Source: a virus
Taxonomy: Duplodnaviria > Caudoviricetes
Strand: one strand, 5' to 3'
IMG/VR virus record: IMGVR_UViG_3300046678_000067
Coordinates: 32,001 to 96,000 of that record
Length of the DNA stretch: 64,000 nt
The notes beneath the pieces are model-generated. The model saw only the letters and a program-made list of their open reading frames with translations, was not told where the DNA came from and did no database searches. The translations under genes were made by a program, and so were the position numbers. Positions 55,590 to 64,000 of the stretch are shown here, piece after piece. The stretch's first letter is position 1. Every line of letters begins with the position of its first letter.

Positions 55590-56170
55590 GCCGGAGTTAC
55601 GCCAGCCTCAGCATACGTTGGATTCCAACCCGATGCGGCATCGAACGTAGCCGGATCAGTAACTGCATTCAACGCCACACGCTTTGATTCTGCCGTAGCG
55701 AATAGAATAGCATCCAAGTCCTTAGTGGCCTGAACAACATCAAAGGCTAGTTGGACCGTCACTGGAACAAACGCCCCAGATAGAGTTTTCCATAGCAAAT
55801 TTTGATTTTGGATCTGGATAGCGTCCGTCATCTTGCCGCCTGCCGCAAGCACATCGCGAGCAGAATCCTTAATACCAATCCATTGAATACGACTGGCGTC
55901 GTCGGTGTGGTACCAATTACCATCCACCAATACTCCACCTGCCTTACGATTATCGCGTTGTACCTTAATATATTCCCACTTACGGTTACGCACCAAATCT
56001 ACAGACATATTTGGATCTGGATCAGGAGTATTTCCAGCAGCAACCCAAGTTAGATACGTAGCATAATCTGTGTTGTTTGGGTCTAGTGGGATATATGTAT
56101 TGTCTGAAGTTCGATTGATAGACAATAGTGATCCATCAATCATACTTCTAGCTTCACGGTATAGTTGCAT
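55586..56170 (-). CDS. Tail fibre assembly-type protein (DUF4376-like)
   Basis: IPLDPNNTDYATYLTWVAAGNTP; GGVLVDGNWYHTDDASR..WKT. Confidence 0.75.
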   Translation of the reverse strand: MQLYREARSMIDGSLLSINRTSDNTYIPLDPNNTDYATYLTWVAAGNTPDPDPNMSVDLVRNRKWEYIKVQRDNRKAGGVLVDGNWYHTDDASRIQWIGIKDSARDVLAAGGKMTDAIQIQNQNLLWKTLSGAFVPVTVQLAFDVVQATKDLDAILFATAESKRVALNAVTDPATFDAASGWNPTYAEAGVTPA

Positions 56171-56227
56171 TTTGTTCCTTCAAATAGTTACGCTTAATCT
56201 AATTTAACTAGCTAATATATGCCTGTA

Positions 56228-57400
56228 TTATAATTCAGAGATAATTTCGATATATGATCCTGACTGGTCTTCAAGTACTGCTGCCCCGCCAGACGCGCCG
56301 CTTGAACCATGGGTGACCGATGCCAATACTTGACGAATAGTGCTTGTAGGCCAGCTTAGTGCTGTTACTGCAAGATTACCATTACCATTATATAGATAGA
56401 ATGTGCCTACTGCAGAAGATGACACAGATGGGGCGGCTCGCTTGGGGATTTGGAACGTAATGTTCACATACGATAGGGTTGCACTGTTCTGTGATCCAAC
56501 ACCATAGTTACCGGTCGTTAGTCGTTCGTAATACCGCATACACTGATTCAGAACCATTGGGTATGTGAGACGTTCGAATGGAGTTGCAGTGCCAGTTTCG
56601 AACTGTAGTTCAGTCATAGCAATAGTATTACCGTTCGTTGCTCCCCAATTAGTTACCCCCGACGCACTAATATAGTTACCGCTCACAAACTGGTTCAATG
56701 TGCTACCCATGAACGTACCTTGGTTCAGCGTTCCGATCCAAATGAACATACCAACACTATTATTGGCAAATGTATTCAGAGTCGTCGGCAATGCTGGGTA
56801 GTTCAAGATAATCTTAGTTGGCGTATTGGCCGCTACAGTGAATGTCGTCAAATATGAGTTGGCTTGGTTACCATCTTGTAGGGATACCGAATATGTACCC
56901 GCCACACTAGCCTTGAAGATAAACGAGATTGCAACCGGCTGACCCAACATGTCGTAACAGTTGAAGCCTTCAATCTTCTGGACGAATCCAGAAAAATAGT
57001 TACCTGCCGTGTATGAAGCTACAGCAGTAGTGACAGTTTGTACAATAGCTTGCTTAACTACTCCGCCATAGGTGATAGTACCTGTAGACTGTGTGAACGC
57101 GCCAGCGCCGATTTCAGCGAACCAATAACGGTCTGGGCCTCCATACAACCCAGAGCCGTTAATTGACGCCACCGAGGTTGCGCGTTGCACGACAGACATT
57201 GCTCCGTTGATGACTCGATTGCGACCCATATCAGTCACACCGCGAGTGTAGCCATCAGGCATCGTTAGTGTAGTACCGATTGACACTGAACCGTCAGGGT
57301 TGACGGTCAGGTTTCCATATAGCTTAGTTGGATCGGCGGTCGCAGGATTACCGAACAGGTCGATTAATCGGGCTTGTAGTTCTGTAGGTTGTGCTGGCAT
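56228..57400 (-). CDS. Short tail fibre / receptor-binding protein
   Basis: RNRVINGAM.V.QR, QFETGTATPFE..QCMRYYE; shared N-terminal peptide. Confidence 0.78.
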   Translation of the reverse strand: MPAQPTELQARLIDLFGNPATADPTKLYGNLTVNPDGSVSIGTTLTMPDGYTRGVTDMGRNRVINGAMSVVQRATSVASINGSGLYGGPDRYWFAEIGAGAFTQSTGTITYGGVVKQAIVQTVTTAVASYTAGNYFSGFVQKIEGFNCYDMLGQPVAISFIFKASVAGTYSVSLQDGNQANSYLTTFTVAANTPTKIILNYPALPTTLNTFANNSVGMFIWIGTLNQGTFMGSTLNQFVSGNYISASGVTNWGATNGNTIAMTELQFETGTATPFERLTYPMVLNQCMRYYERLTTGNYGVGSQNSATLSYVNITFQIPKRAAPSVSSSAVGTFYLYNGNGNLAVTALSWPTSTIRQVLASVTHGSSGASGGAAVLEDQSGSYIEIISEL

Positions 57401-58602
57401 TATTCCTTACCTTTCAATTGTTCTTTGAGTGACTTTACTTCTGCACTCAGTTGTTGGATAGCGTGCAGTGCCGTCATCAACATTTCGTGATGCTTCAGGA
57501 ACCGAGCATCCTCAAATTCTCCGTTGTTGTGTTCAGATACCCATTGAGGGGCATACTGTTCCACCTGTTGAGCGATAACCCCAGCATTGATATGACCGCC
57601 TTTCTTATAGTCATACGATACGAATTCTGTCTGATCTATGATAGACAAAGAATCCTGTACAATCGGTTCGATGTTTTCCTTAATACGAACATCAGATGCG
57701 TTCTGGTGGATATAGGCAACGAACGTTGTATCGACCGTGATGTTGATGTTGGATTGTGAGCCGTCCCATTGGAACGTGAACGCATTCCCCGCTGCCTTGG
57801 CAGGAGTTGAGACGCCGCCCACTGAACTAGCAGTAGCCGCGTTACCTGAACAACTACCTGCTGTTCCGGCACTATTTGCATAGTTGACAGAGAAGTTAGA
57901 TGGGTTATACACATACATATTTGCCCCATCAGAACCGCCCCATACCCAAGGCGGTTGACCGCCTTGTCCCGCCCAGTTCCATGCGGTATCGCCACCTCCG
58001 CCCGTGCCTAGACGCAAGCGGTTAGCGGAATACGCAACACACGATGCGGCCATATTAGCTGTGTGGATCACATAGCCTCCAGCACCTCTATTGATATCAG
58101 TATTACCGAATGTCCAGGCGCTAGTTTGGTTAGCCACGTGCATGACGATGGACGGCTGAGTCGAACCGCTACCGCCTTCATATGCGTCGATAGCCGCAAG
58201 ATGGCGACCTCCCCAACGGGTCCATCGGATACCACCATATGCCGCAGTAAATGCAGGCGCATCTACTTGGATTGGATATCCACGGTTTGCTTGATTGTTC
58301 CAATCAACAAACGAGCCACCTAGGTCGAAGGTTGTGCGTAATACTCCAAAGTTGGCTATCGGACTGGCGCTGGATACAATCGAACCTCCAACCGTATTCA
58401 GACCAGTTGTAGTTAGCGCGCCAGTAATCTTGGTGGGTCCTGTCACCTGTAGCTTATTTGTCGCATCATCCGTGCTGGTGCCAACCAATACATTACCATT
58501 AGATGATACACCAAGATTACCCAGCAGCTTCGCCGGGTTAGCCGTTGCTGGTGATCCAAATAGATCAACCAATCTTGCAGTTAGTTGAGAAATACTAGCC
58601 AT
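57400..58602 (-). CDS. Tail fibre with C-terminal S74 intramolecular chaperone
   Basis: SDVRIKENI..GVIAQQV..AIQQL. Confidence 0.85.
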   Translation of the reverse strand: MASISQLTARLVDLFGSPATANPAKLLGNLGVSSNGNVLVGTSTDDATNKLQVTGPTKITGALTTTGLNTVGGSIVSSASPIANFGVLRTTFDLGGSFVDWNNQANRGYPIQVDAPAFTAAYGGIRWTRWGGRHLAAIDAYEGGSGSTQPSIVMHVANQTSAWTFGNTDINRGAGGYVIHTANMAASCVAYSANRLRLGTGGGGDTAWNWAGQGGQPPWVWGGSDGANMYVYNPSNFSVNYANSAGTAGSCSGNAATASSVGGVSTPAKAAGNAFTFQWDGSQSNINITVDTTFVAYIHQNASDVRIKENIEPIVQDSLSIIDQTEFVSYDYKKGGHINAGVIAQQVEQYAPQWVSEHNNGEFEDARFLKHHEMLMTALHAIQQLSAEVKSLKEQLKGKE

Positions 58603-59765
58603 TATTTATTCACCTTTAATTCTTCTAGTTCAGACTTAACCAAATCTAATTCACGCTTCAGTTCCTGTATCGCAGACACCAGATATGGAACCATACCGAT
58701 ATAGTTGACAGACTGTAGGTCAGGGACTACAACATCTTGTTCAACTGGCGGGACATACCCTTCAGGCTCTTCACCGGGCCTGTATGGAGTTTTATCTCCC
58801 ACAAGTTGCTTGACCGTCTTGACTGCATCCTTCTCGCCAGTCACCAGTAACGGGAACACTTCCTGAATCTCATGTGCAATGAAACCGATATGTTCTTCTC
58901 CGTCAGCGTGTTCATCTGTTCGGTCATAAGTCACCGGACGCAATGCGAGGACGCCCGTCAGAGCATCTTGCGATTTAATAGTCGCCACATTTGTCTTAAT
59001 TCGATAGTCCGAATTTTGCGCTAGTGCACCAGAGAATTGAGCGTTTCCGTTGTCATAGAAATAGAACTGTGGGGAGGAAACGCTATTCAATATAAGCGCA
59101 ATTGAACATACTGAGGATGTGGTACCACCTTCATAAGCGGCAATGGCCGCGACGTGGCGAGCGCCCCAATGCGTCCATCGCATTCCAACATAGGCAGCAG
59201 CAGCATTCGGAGAATCGTGTTGAACCGCCACCGCGCCTGTGCCATACCAGCTGGCCCAACCCATCCCCAAATCCTGAGTTACGTGGAATGCACCACTCGC
59301 ACTCAGTGCATTGGTAGAGTTGGCGACAAAGTTATATGCGCCAGTACCGCAAGTGATCGTCCCACCACTCGTCAGGTTGCCACCAGCGTTGGTATTTGCG
59401 CCATCACCAGCAATAGTCACTGCACCAGTACTAAGATTCCATTGAAACGGACGAAGCGCATTATATGTGCCATACGGTGTTCCAGATGCCGTGGACAGAA
59501 AGTAGCAGGATGATCCATCCTGCCGAATCATGACACCATAGTTGCCCGCCACCACTCTCATGTTTGCGCCAGTGGTATCATAACCATTCAAGGATAGCCC
59601 GCTATTGACCTGAAGCTTGGCGCTAGTATTATCCGTAGAACTACCCACCAACACGTTACCGTTGGGCGATACCTGAAGGTTATTCAGCAGTTTCGCGGGA
59701 TTTGCCGTGCTTGGTGAACCGAATAGGTCCACCAGCCGTGCTGTAAGTTGAGAAATTGTTGCCAT
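58602..59765 (-). CDS. Tail fibre with C-terminal S74 intramolecular chaperone
   Basis: SDYRIKTNV..LRPVTY..GFIAHEIQ..LVSAIQEL. Confidence 0.87.
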   Translation of the reverse strand: MATISQLTARLVDLFGSPSTANPAKLLNNLQVSPNGNVLVGSSTDNTSAKLQVNSGLSLNGYDTTGANMRVVAGNYGVMIRQDGSSCYFLSTASGTPYGTYNALRPFQWNLSTGAVTIAGDGANTNAGGNLTSGGTITCGTGAYNFVANSTNALSASGAFHVTQDLGMGWASWYGTGAVAVQHDSPNAAAAYVGMRWTHWGARHVAAIAAYEGGTTSSVCSIALILNSVSSPQFYFYDNGNAQFSGALAQNSDYRIKTNVATIKSQDALTGVLALRPVTYDRTDEHADGEEHIGFIAHEIQEVFPLLVTGEKDAVKTVKQLVGDKTPYRPGEEPEGYVPPVEQDVVVPDLQSVNYIGMVPYLVSAIQELKRELDLVKSELEELKVNK

Positions 59766-59776
59766 ACACTAATCCT

Positions 59777-62700
59777 TTATAGTTCGGCTGAGAACGCCAT
59801 ATATGCCGGAGAGCCGCCAATAATTCGGCCGCAAGTCCCAGCTGCGCCACCGCCAGTACCAGTCAAGTTTATCATCACCACATTTGGCGTAATGCGGTCA
59901 ATAGATAATGCTTGGCCAGCAGTCGGACAGTTTTCATATGTGTTACCAGTCAATGAATAGTTCAATGATGGACCCACACGTTTCTGCGTATTGAAAGGCA
60001 CGTTAAACAAAGATACTGTTGTAGTCTGGTTATAGGTAACGAAACCACCAAACGGCACAACTTCATAGTACCGTTGACATTGTGCAAATTCAGTTTGCGG
60101 ATGAATCTGTTCGAATGGCGTACAAGACTTACCAGGCTCCAACTGTAGTTCAGTCAACGCGATGAAGTTACCGTTGGTCGTAGCCCAGTTAGTAGCACCG
60201 GAGGCGGAAATCAGGTTACCAGTCTGCCAAGCGTTTAGTGTAGCGGTCTGATAAGACGGACCTGTGATCGAACCAATAGACAGCAACAACCCCAATGCAT
60301 TAGTGTTAGGAATACCAAGCGATGATGGGAACGGAATCGCCGGAATCGTCACACGAGTTGGAGTGTTTGCCGTCGCGCTGAACGTGGTCACATAACTGTT
60401 ACCGCCCACAGGTTCAAACAACTGGATAGAGAACGTACCAGTGACGTTTGTATTCCAGATGAAAGACAGCGACCCGTAACCGTTCAAGAAGTCGTGTACT
60501 TGCTGACCCTCAAGACGGGTTTGAATACCAAGCCATAGGTTAGTCGTTGTGAATGCAGCCCCGGTCGTGGTTACCGTCTGAACGACAGCCTTACGCAAGT
60601 TACTGTTATAGGTGATTGAACCCGAGGTTTGTGTGAATACACCACCAGCCGTGTTGTTCGTAGTGAACATATCAACACCACTATACCCAGATACGCCATT
60701 ACCATACGAACCCGCGCCGCGTTGTGTGACGCGGCATGAACCGTTAGTAATACGGTTACGACCAGATTGAGTCTGCGTCTGAGTAAAGCCGTCAGGCATA
60801 ACCAAGCCCTGAGATAGCGTAACCAAGCCAGTGTTACGATAGATATACAAAGGATTATCAATTACCGTACCATTGTCTGCATAGCGGCTGACGAACCAGT
60901 TGGCGCCCACATTAGAACCAGGTTCCGCGCCGTTATCTACACCTTCAACCCAACGAGTAGAACCCGATGTCTGGTACACCGTATCGCGGTAGTAGCCAGC
61001 ATTGGTATTCATATAGTTAGTGCTATCCGCCGCGCCAGTTGACTGAGTGATACCGCCAGTCATCGTACCGCCAGTTAACGGCAACATACCGTTGGCAGCA
61101 AACGCGGTAAACGTCACTACTTCATAAACGTCGGTGGCGCTATCAGAAACGTTGGTCAACGTGATAGACGTACCGTTGGTTGCAGTATAGTCCGCAGGCA
61201 ACAACTTCAAGTTGTTCTTGAACACCCACAAACAACTAACGTTGTAGTTGACAGTCATTACTGATTGACCAACACCAAGCGTAAAGGTCTTACTAACAGG
61301 AGCAAATACCGCCGATGGGCTATATACAACTGAAGTCAATACTTCATAGCGGTCACGACCAGTAGCTGCCGTTGTTAGCTGAACCGTTACGCCATCCGTT
61401 GCAGTAAAGTCAATCGTCGGGATCAAACGCAGGTTATTCTTGAATACTTGTACAAACCCTAAGTTATAACCACCAGTCGTGATAGACGTTGCAGCTGCCG
61501 CAGGCGTATACACAACGCTGTTAGGTGCCGTTACGCCGTTGGCCGTAGTCTGAGTAGTACCGTCAGGGAAAACAAACCCGCCAGTCAGAGACTTAATCGT
61601 ACCGTTGACCTGTAGCTTATCAACTCCGTTATCCGTGTTGGTGCCAACTACAACATTACCGCCCGTTGGCATCAACTGAAGGTAAGATAGGTTAAAGCTA
61701 GTTGAACGGTAGACTGCCAACGCATATTGTGCCGCGCTATATGCATCGTTTACTGTACGTACCCCAAAAGATCCATCGCTTCCTTGTAGGAGTTCCCAGG
61801 ACTTCTGGTCTGTTGGTCCACCAACTCTAGTCAGCTTAACTGATGTCTGACCAGCGCCGGTGCCGTTAGTTGCAACAAGAGCACCATTGGCTGAAGTACC
61901 AGTTACCGCGCCACCTGCCGTAAATGTGCCAGAGACAGAACCTGTACCAGTAACTTGTAGCTTATCAATACCGTTGTCCGTAGCTCCACCAAACAATGCC
62001 ACCGGAGCAGAAACGCTAGTTTTGAAAGACGGGGTATAGGGGTTGCTATACCAAGACGTCAACCACTTGCTAACGTTATCTGAAGTCAGGAAATAACCAT
62101 CGTTCGGCAACATCGTCAACGGTAACGCAACTTCGCCAGTATCAGATCCAGAGCCGTTCTTGACTACAGTGATATTTCCGTTAGAAAGGTTGTGAATAAA
62201 CACGCCCGCGCCTGCCGGATAACCGTTGGCCAAAGGTAGAGTGATCGTTACGCCAGCGGTCGTCACAACAACGATAGAACCAAGATAGCTCAAATCTAGC
62301 GCAGTGCTAGACGTAATATTGAACTGCTTGGCAAACTGAACGCCAGTAGTTGAAGACGTAGCATAAACGCCAGTCGTATCACAATACAACGAGTTAGCCT
62401 TATTCTGCACGACTTGAACGCTAGGAGTCATACCCGCAGACTTAATCGTCAACGTGTAAGAACCCGTAGTGTTGTTAGCGGCAATAAATGCGTGAGCTGT
62501 ATTCGGAACTGTAACCGTAGTATTACCAGTCAATGCTCCAGTGAACACGATCATCGAGTTTGAATATTCCGCCGCCGTTAGTGTCACGGCAGTGGAGGTC
62601 AAATTCTTAGTGATGATAGACGTAGAGCCAGACGCTGCGATAGCCGCATTAACCCAAGACGTGTTAGGAATAACGCTGCTGTTATCGTTTGCTGCCGGAG

Positions 62701-64000
62701 TCGGAACCGTAGGAGCGCCAGTGAATACCGGTGAGGCCAAACCTGCTGCCTTATTCGGCGTGATCGGGCCAGTCTTAACCGTATCAAAAGTAGTGACGTA
62801 AGAAACCGCCCAACCGCTCAACCAAGATGCAGACAACCCAGTATTGCCTAGAGTTACGTTGGTGATCTGGATCTGAGGTGTAGTCCAAACATCGGCTAGT
62901 TCACCAACCCAAACGCAACACGTAGTACCGTCATTACCGAATCTAACGTTGGGGATTCGACTAGCAACACCGCCTGCTACATATGCAGTAACGAATTGCC
63001 AAGTGCTATCGCCACGGTTCATACCGCTTACACGTAGACGCAAAGCTGAGTCGGTAGTCGCTTCATTAAGGTTTACATCAAAGCTAATCTGAGTACCAGT
63101 GTAGGCGACAGGCAGCTTGATCTTGACCGAACCCGTAACGGATGCAGCCGATGTAGTGTAGTTCCCGTTAGATGGGAAAGGAACGCAAGCAAAATCGCCG
63201 GTGCTCAACCCGCCACCAGTTACAGTCATATTTCCGGTGAAAGCCGGATTTGCGATGTTAGCCTTTAGAGCCGCGATAGCATCTGCGTAAGCCGTGGACG
63301 CAGCCTGCGTAGAGTTAGTATTAGGCGCTGCGGTCGGGACCGTAGGAACGCCCGTAAACGCGGGAGAATCGGTGAAGGCTACTTCTCTCCAGGCGGTCCA
63401 GGCGGTAGTCGTCCATGCACGCGACCACATTCTAGAAGTGGTGTTGTCCATATACAACTGGTGCGCGGTAAGGCCAGCAGCTTCACGACCAACCAATAGG
63501 TGACCATAGGTATCGCCTGGAGGCATAGTACCAGTGTTCGTTGAGGTCACATAATATAGACCAGTCGGAATCGTGGAGTCATCAATAGTTGCAGTAGTGG
63601 CGCCAGGAATCGGAGCTGAAGTTCCGCCAATACCAGCGGCCGCCAACGCGGCTTTAACATAAGCCGTGTTTGCAATTAGAGTAGAGTTATCGCCAAATGT
63701 CGCAGTCGGTGCCGTTGGAGTGCCGGTCAAAGCTGGAGAGATAAGCGGTGCTCTAGTTGTATCAATCGGGTGAACGTGATCCTGTCTAGACCAACGAGTG
63801 CTAGTACCGGCTGAAGCCACACCTGCCATTAGAGGCGCGTTGTCACCCGCCTGCGCTAGCACGAATGCTGCGGTGGCGATCTGAGTTGTATTCGTATCCA
63901 AACCTGGGGTCGGAGACGTAGGAATACCAGACAAGGCGGGCGAAGCTAGAGTTGCGTACAACTGATTCTTGACGTATTGAGTCGTTGCTACCAACGAGCT
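59777..64000 (-). CDS. Long tail fibre (frame open to the right edge, start outside the window)
   Basis: Repeated SPALTGTPTAPT..ATTAFV units, DHVHP, TDNGVDKLQV repeats. Confidence 0.88.
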   Translation of the reverse strand, partial: SSLVATTQYVKNQLYATLASPALSGIPTSPTPGLDTNTTQIATAAFVLAQAGDNAPLMAGVASAGTSTRWSRQDHVHPIDTTRAPLISPALTGTPTAPTATFGDNSTLIANTAYVKAALAAAGIGGTSAPIPGATTATIDDSTIPTGLYYVTSTNTGTMPPGDTYGHLLVGREAAGLTAHQLYMDNTTSRMWSRAWTTTAWTAWREVAFTDSPAFTGVPTVPTAAPNTNSTQAASTAYADAIAALKANIANPAFTGNMTVTGGGLSTGDFACVPFPSNGNYTTSAASVTGSVKIKLPVAYTGTQISFDVNLNEATTDSALRLRVSGMNRGDSTWQFVTAYVAGGVASRIPNVRFGNDGTTCCVWVGELADVWTTPQIQITNVTLGNTGLSASWLSGWAVSYVTTFDTVKTGPITPNKAAGLASPVFTGAPTVPTPAANDNSSVIPNTSWVNAAIAASGSTSIITKNLTSTAVTLTAAEYSNSMIVFTGALTGNTTVTVPNTAHAFIAANNTTGSYTLTIKSAGMTPSVQVVQNKANSLYCDTTGVYATSSTTGVQFAKQFNITSSTALDLSYLGSIVVVTTAGVTITLPLANGYPAGAGVFIHNLSNGNITVVKNGSGSDTGEVALPLTMLPNDGYFLTSDNVSKWLTSWYSNPYTPSFKTSVSAPVALFGGATDNGIDKLQVTGTGSVSGTFTAGGAVTGTSANGALVATNGTGAGQTSVKLTRVGGPTDQKSWELLQGSDGSFGVRTVNDAYSAAQYALAVYRSTSFNLSYLQLMPTGGNVVVGTNTDNGVDKLQVNGTIKSLTGGFVFPDGTTQTTANGVTAPNSVVYTPAAAATSITTGGYNLGFVQVFKNNLRLIPTIDFTATDGVTVQLTTAATGRDRYEVLTSVVYSPSAVFAPVSKTFTLGVGQSVMTVNYNVSCLWVFKNNLKLLPADYTATNGTSITLTNVSDSATDVYEVVTFTAFAANGMLPLTGGTMTGGITQSTGAADSTNYMNTNAGYYRDTVYQTSGSTRWVEGVDNGAEPGSNVGANWFVSRYADNGTVIDNPLYIYRNTGLVTLSQGLVMPDGFTQTQTQSGRNRITNGSCRVTQRGAGSYGNGVSGYSGVDMFTTNNTAGGVFTQTSGSITYNSNLRKAVVQTVTTTGAAFTTTNLWLGIQTRLEGQQVHDFLNGYGSLSFIWNTNVTGTFSIQLFEPVGGNSYVTTFSATANTPTRVTIPAIPFPSSLGIPNTNALGLLLSIGSITGPSYQTATLNAWQTGNLISASGATNWATTNGNFIALTELQLEPGKSCTPFEQIHPQTEFAQCQRYYEVVPFGGFVTYNQTTTVSLFNVPFNTQKRVGPSLNYSLTGNTYENCPTAGQALSIDRITPNVVMINLTGTGGGAAGTCGRIIGGSPAYMAFSAEL

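Noticed and set aside
56228-60780. Diversity-generating retroelement or invertible cassette in fibre genes
   Set aside because: Paralogy is at protein level only; no near-identical template repeat, reverse transcriptase or invertase seen.
1-64000. Genome-wide stop codon reassignment
   Set aside because: Core genes are full length in the standard code and end in TAA, TAG or TGA.

Overview
64 kb of a large T4-like (contractile-tailed) lytic phage genome, read by eye with no database searches. Left (1-20.3 kb, mostly minus strand): baseplate genes (a gp5 split into two genes around gp25, gp26/gp51-like), nucleotide metabolism and replication genes (phoH, dCMP deaminase, ClpP-like, DexA-like, an aGPT-pyrophosphorylase DNA-hypermodification gene, gp32, gp33, RuvC-like, nrdAB, glutaredoxin, uvsW). 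Middle (20.3-36.6 kb, plus strand): an accessory island with uvsY, an RNA-repair trio, a stand-alone EF-Ts N-terminal domain, a macrodomain, about 21 canonical tRNAs, several aberrant tRNA-like RNAs, a secreted nuclease and an NAD salvage pair (NadM-Nudix + NadV). Right (36.6-64 kb, minus strand): the head-tail block gp23 to gp13, a DUF4815-like virion protein and four fibre genes. Best candidates for new biology: (1) a coiled-coil protein gene followed by a ~315-nt RNA closed by a long helix and containing a pseudoknot and ~13 short AA(A)G repeats, then a very basic 62-aa ORF; (2) a ~390-nt structured RNA with its own promoter and terminator between uvsW and uvsY; (3) CCA-ended tRNA mimics plus UUA- and AGA-anticodon tRNAs; (4) an early/late codon switch (CTG to CTA, TCG to TCT) matching late-promoter-driven tRNAs.
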